Positions 63,170 through 64,000 of a stretch of 64,000 bases of DNA are shown piece after piece. Location of the stretch: positions 1 through 64,000 of the forward strand of contig JADEYG010000004.1 in the NCBI GenBank assembly GCA_016906335.1. The letters are read 5' to 3'. The stretch comes from Novakomyces olei (Eukaryota). The position numbers were made by a program, and so were the translations under genes. The notes under the pieces were generated by a model. It was not told the origin of the DNA. It searched no databases and saw only the letters and a list, made by a program, of their open reading frames with translations. Within the stretch, counting starts at the first letter, position 1. Each line of letters starts with the position of its first letter.

Positions 63170-64000
63170 ATGTCTGAAGCCGAGCAGAAAGCAAAGAGCA
63201 AAGAAAAGTCAGCTTTAGACTCTCAAAATGTTACTGCTAAAGAAACTGCGAAAAAGATTACGGCAGATGCACAAGACACGAAAGGGACAAAGGAAAACGA
63301 TTCAACGAAATCGAACGATGATTCAGGTCTGAAAGCTGGCAATGATTCGTCCAATTCCGATTTGAAAGAGAATGAGCGAGAGAAACCCGAAAGCTCAACT
63401 ACTCCCGAATCGAAGGAAGAGTCAGGATCAAAGGGCCACGGATTGAAAGAGAAAGAGTTGGAGGAAGCTGGAGTGGAGGAAAAGCGCAAAGACACTGAGG
63501 AAAGATCGGGAAAGTCAGACAGCAAAGAATCCCACACGGAAAATAAAAATACAATCGAGCACAGTACTGCTATAAAACGTAAATTAGAAGACTCTCCAAC
63601 TTCTCAAGCGCTGGTATGAATTCGTGTATTAGCTTTAAGCGTTTCTAATCTGATTTGAAGGGGAAAAAGTCCAGCGGCTTTGCTGCTTTCAGCTCTGCGA
63701 GCAAATCGCCATTTGCATTTAGCCCTTCACCCGCCACTGTAGGGTCAGAAGGAAATAAAAAGTCAAGTGGGTTCGGGTCGTTTGGGGCGCTAGGCGGTTC
63801 AACTATATCGCCATTTGGTTCGATCCTCTCTAAAACAGAACCTGGAAACGAAAATAAATCGGAAGAAAATAAAAAAGAGCCAGAAGCAGCGAATGCCGCT
63901 GCTTTTGGTGCACTGCTAGAGAAAAACGACGCGATTAATGGGAAAGAGTTGGATTCACCGGATACTGATACGAATTCTCCTGCTGCTAAACCGCTTGATT
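63170..64000 (+). CDS. Charged, Phe/Gly/Ser-rich N-terminus, possibly RanBP3/Yrb2/Hba1-like; runs off the window
   Basis: Acidic/basic exon 1 with KRK; intron 63614-63660; exon 2 SSGFAAF..SPFAF..GFGSFG..SPFG open to the window end. A Ran-binding domain is not visible. Confidence 0.5.

Overview
Left end of a fungal chromosome. The short GT-AG introns, fungal gene families and a U1 snRNA resembling my recollection of the fission-yeast one suggest an early-diverging ascomycete, probably Taphrinomycotina (inference). The window opens with an unusual 10-bp telomere repeat (G-strand TTAGGGTTAG) and a ~15-bp subtelomeric satellite. The satellite is interrupted by two nested Ty3/Gypsy remnants. The main finding is that the chromovirus element carries an intact C2H2-zinc-finger + JmjC (KDM2/JHD1/Epe1-like) gene between its integrase-chromodomain ORF and its PPT/3' LTR, suggesting a retroelement-encoded anti-silencing system. 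The second element has a decayed accessory ORF in the same position. From ~7.5 to 36 kb lies a subtelomeric accessory-metabolism zone: transporters, amidase, 2OG dioxygenases, SDR/AKR, THI5 with a TPP riboswitch, LAP3 and several pseudogenes. Core genes follow, separated by long microsatellites: IPT1, OLE1, a Zn2Cys6 factor, a RING ligase, UTP25, a PPR-like gene, U1 snRNA, ZNG1/CobW and a RanBP3-like gene. All calls come from motif recognition by eye; no database searches were run.
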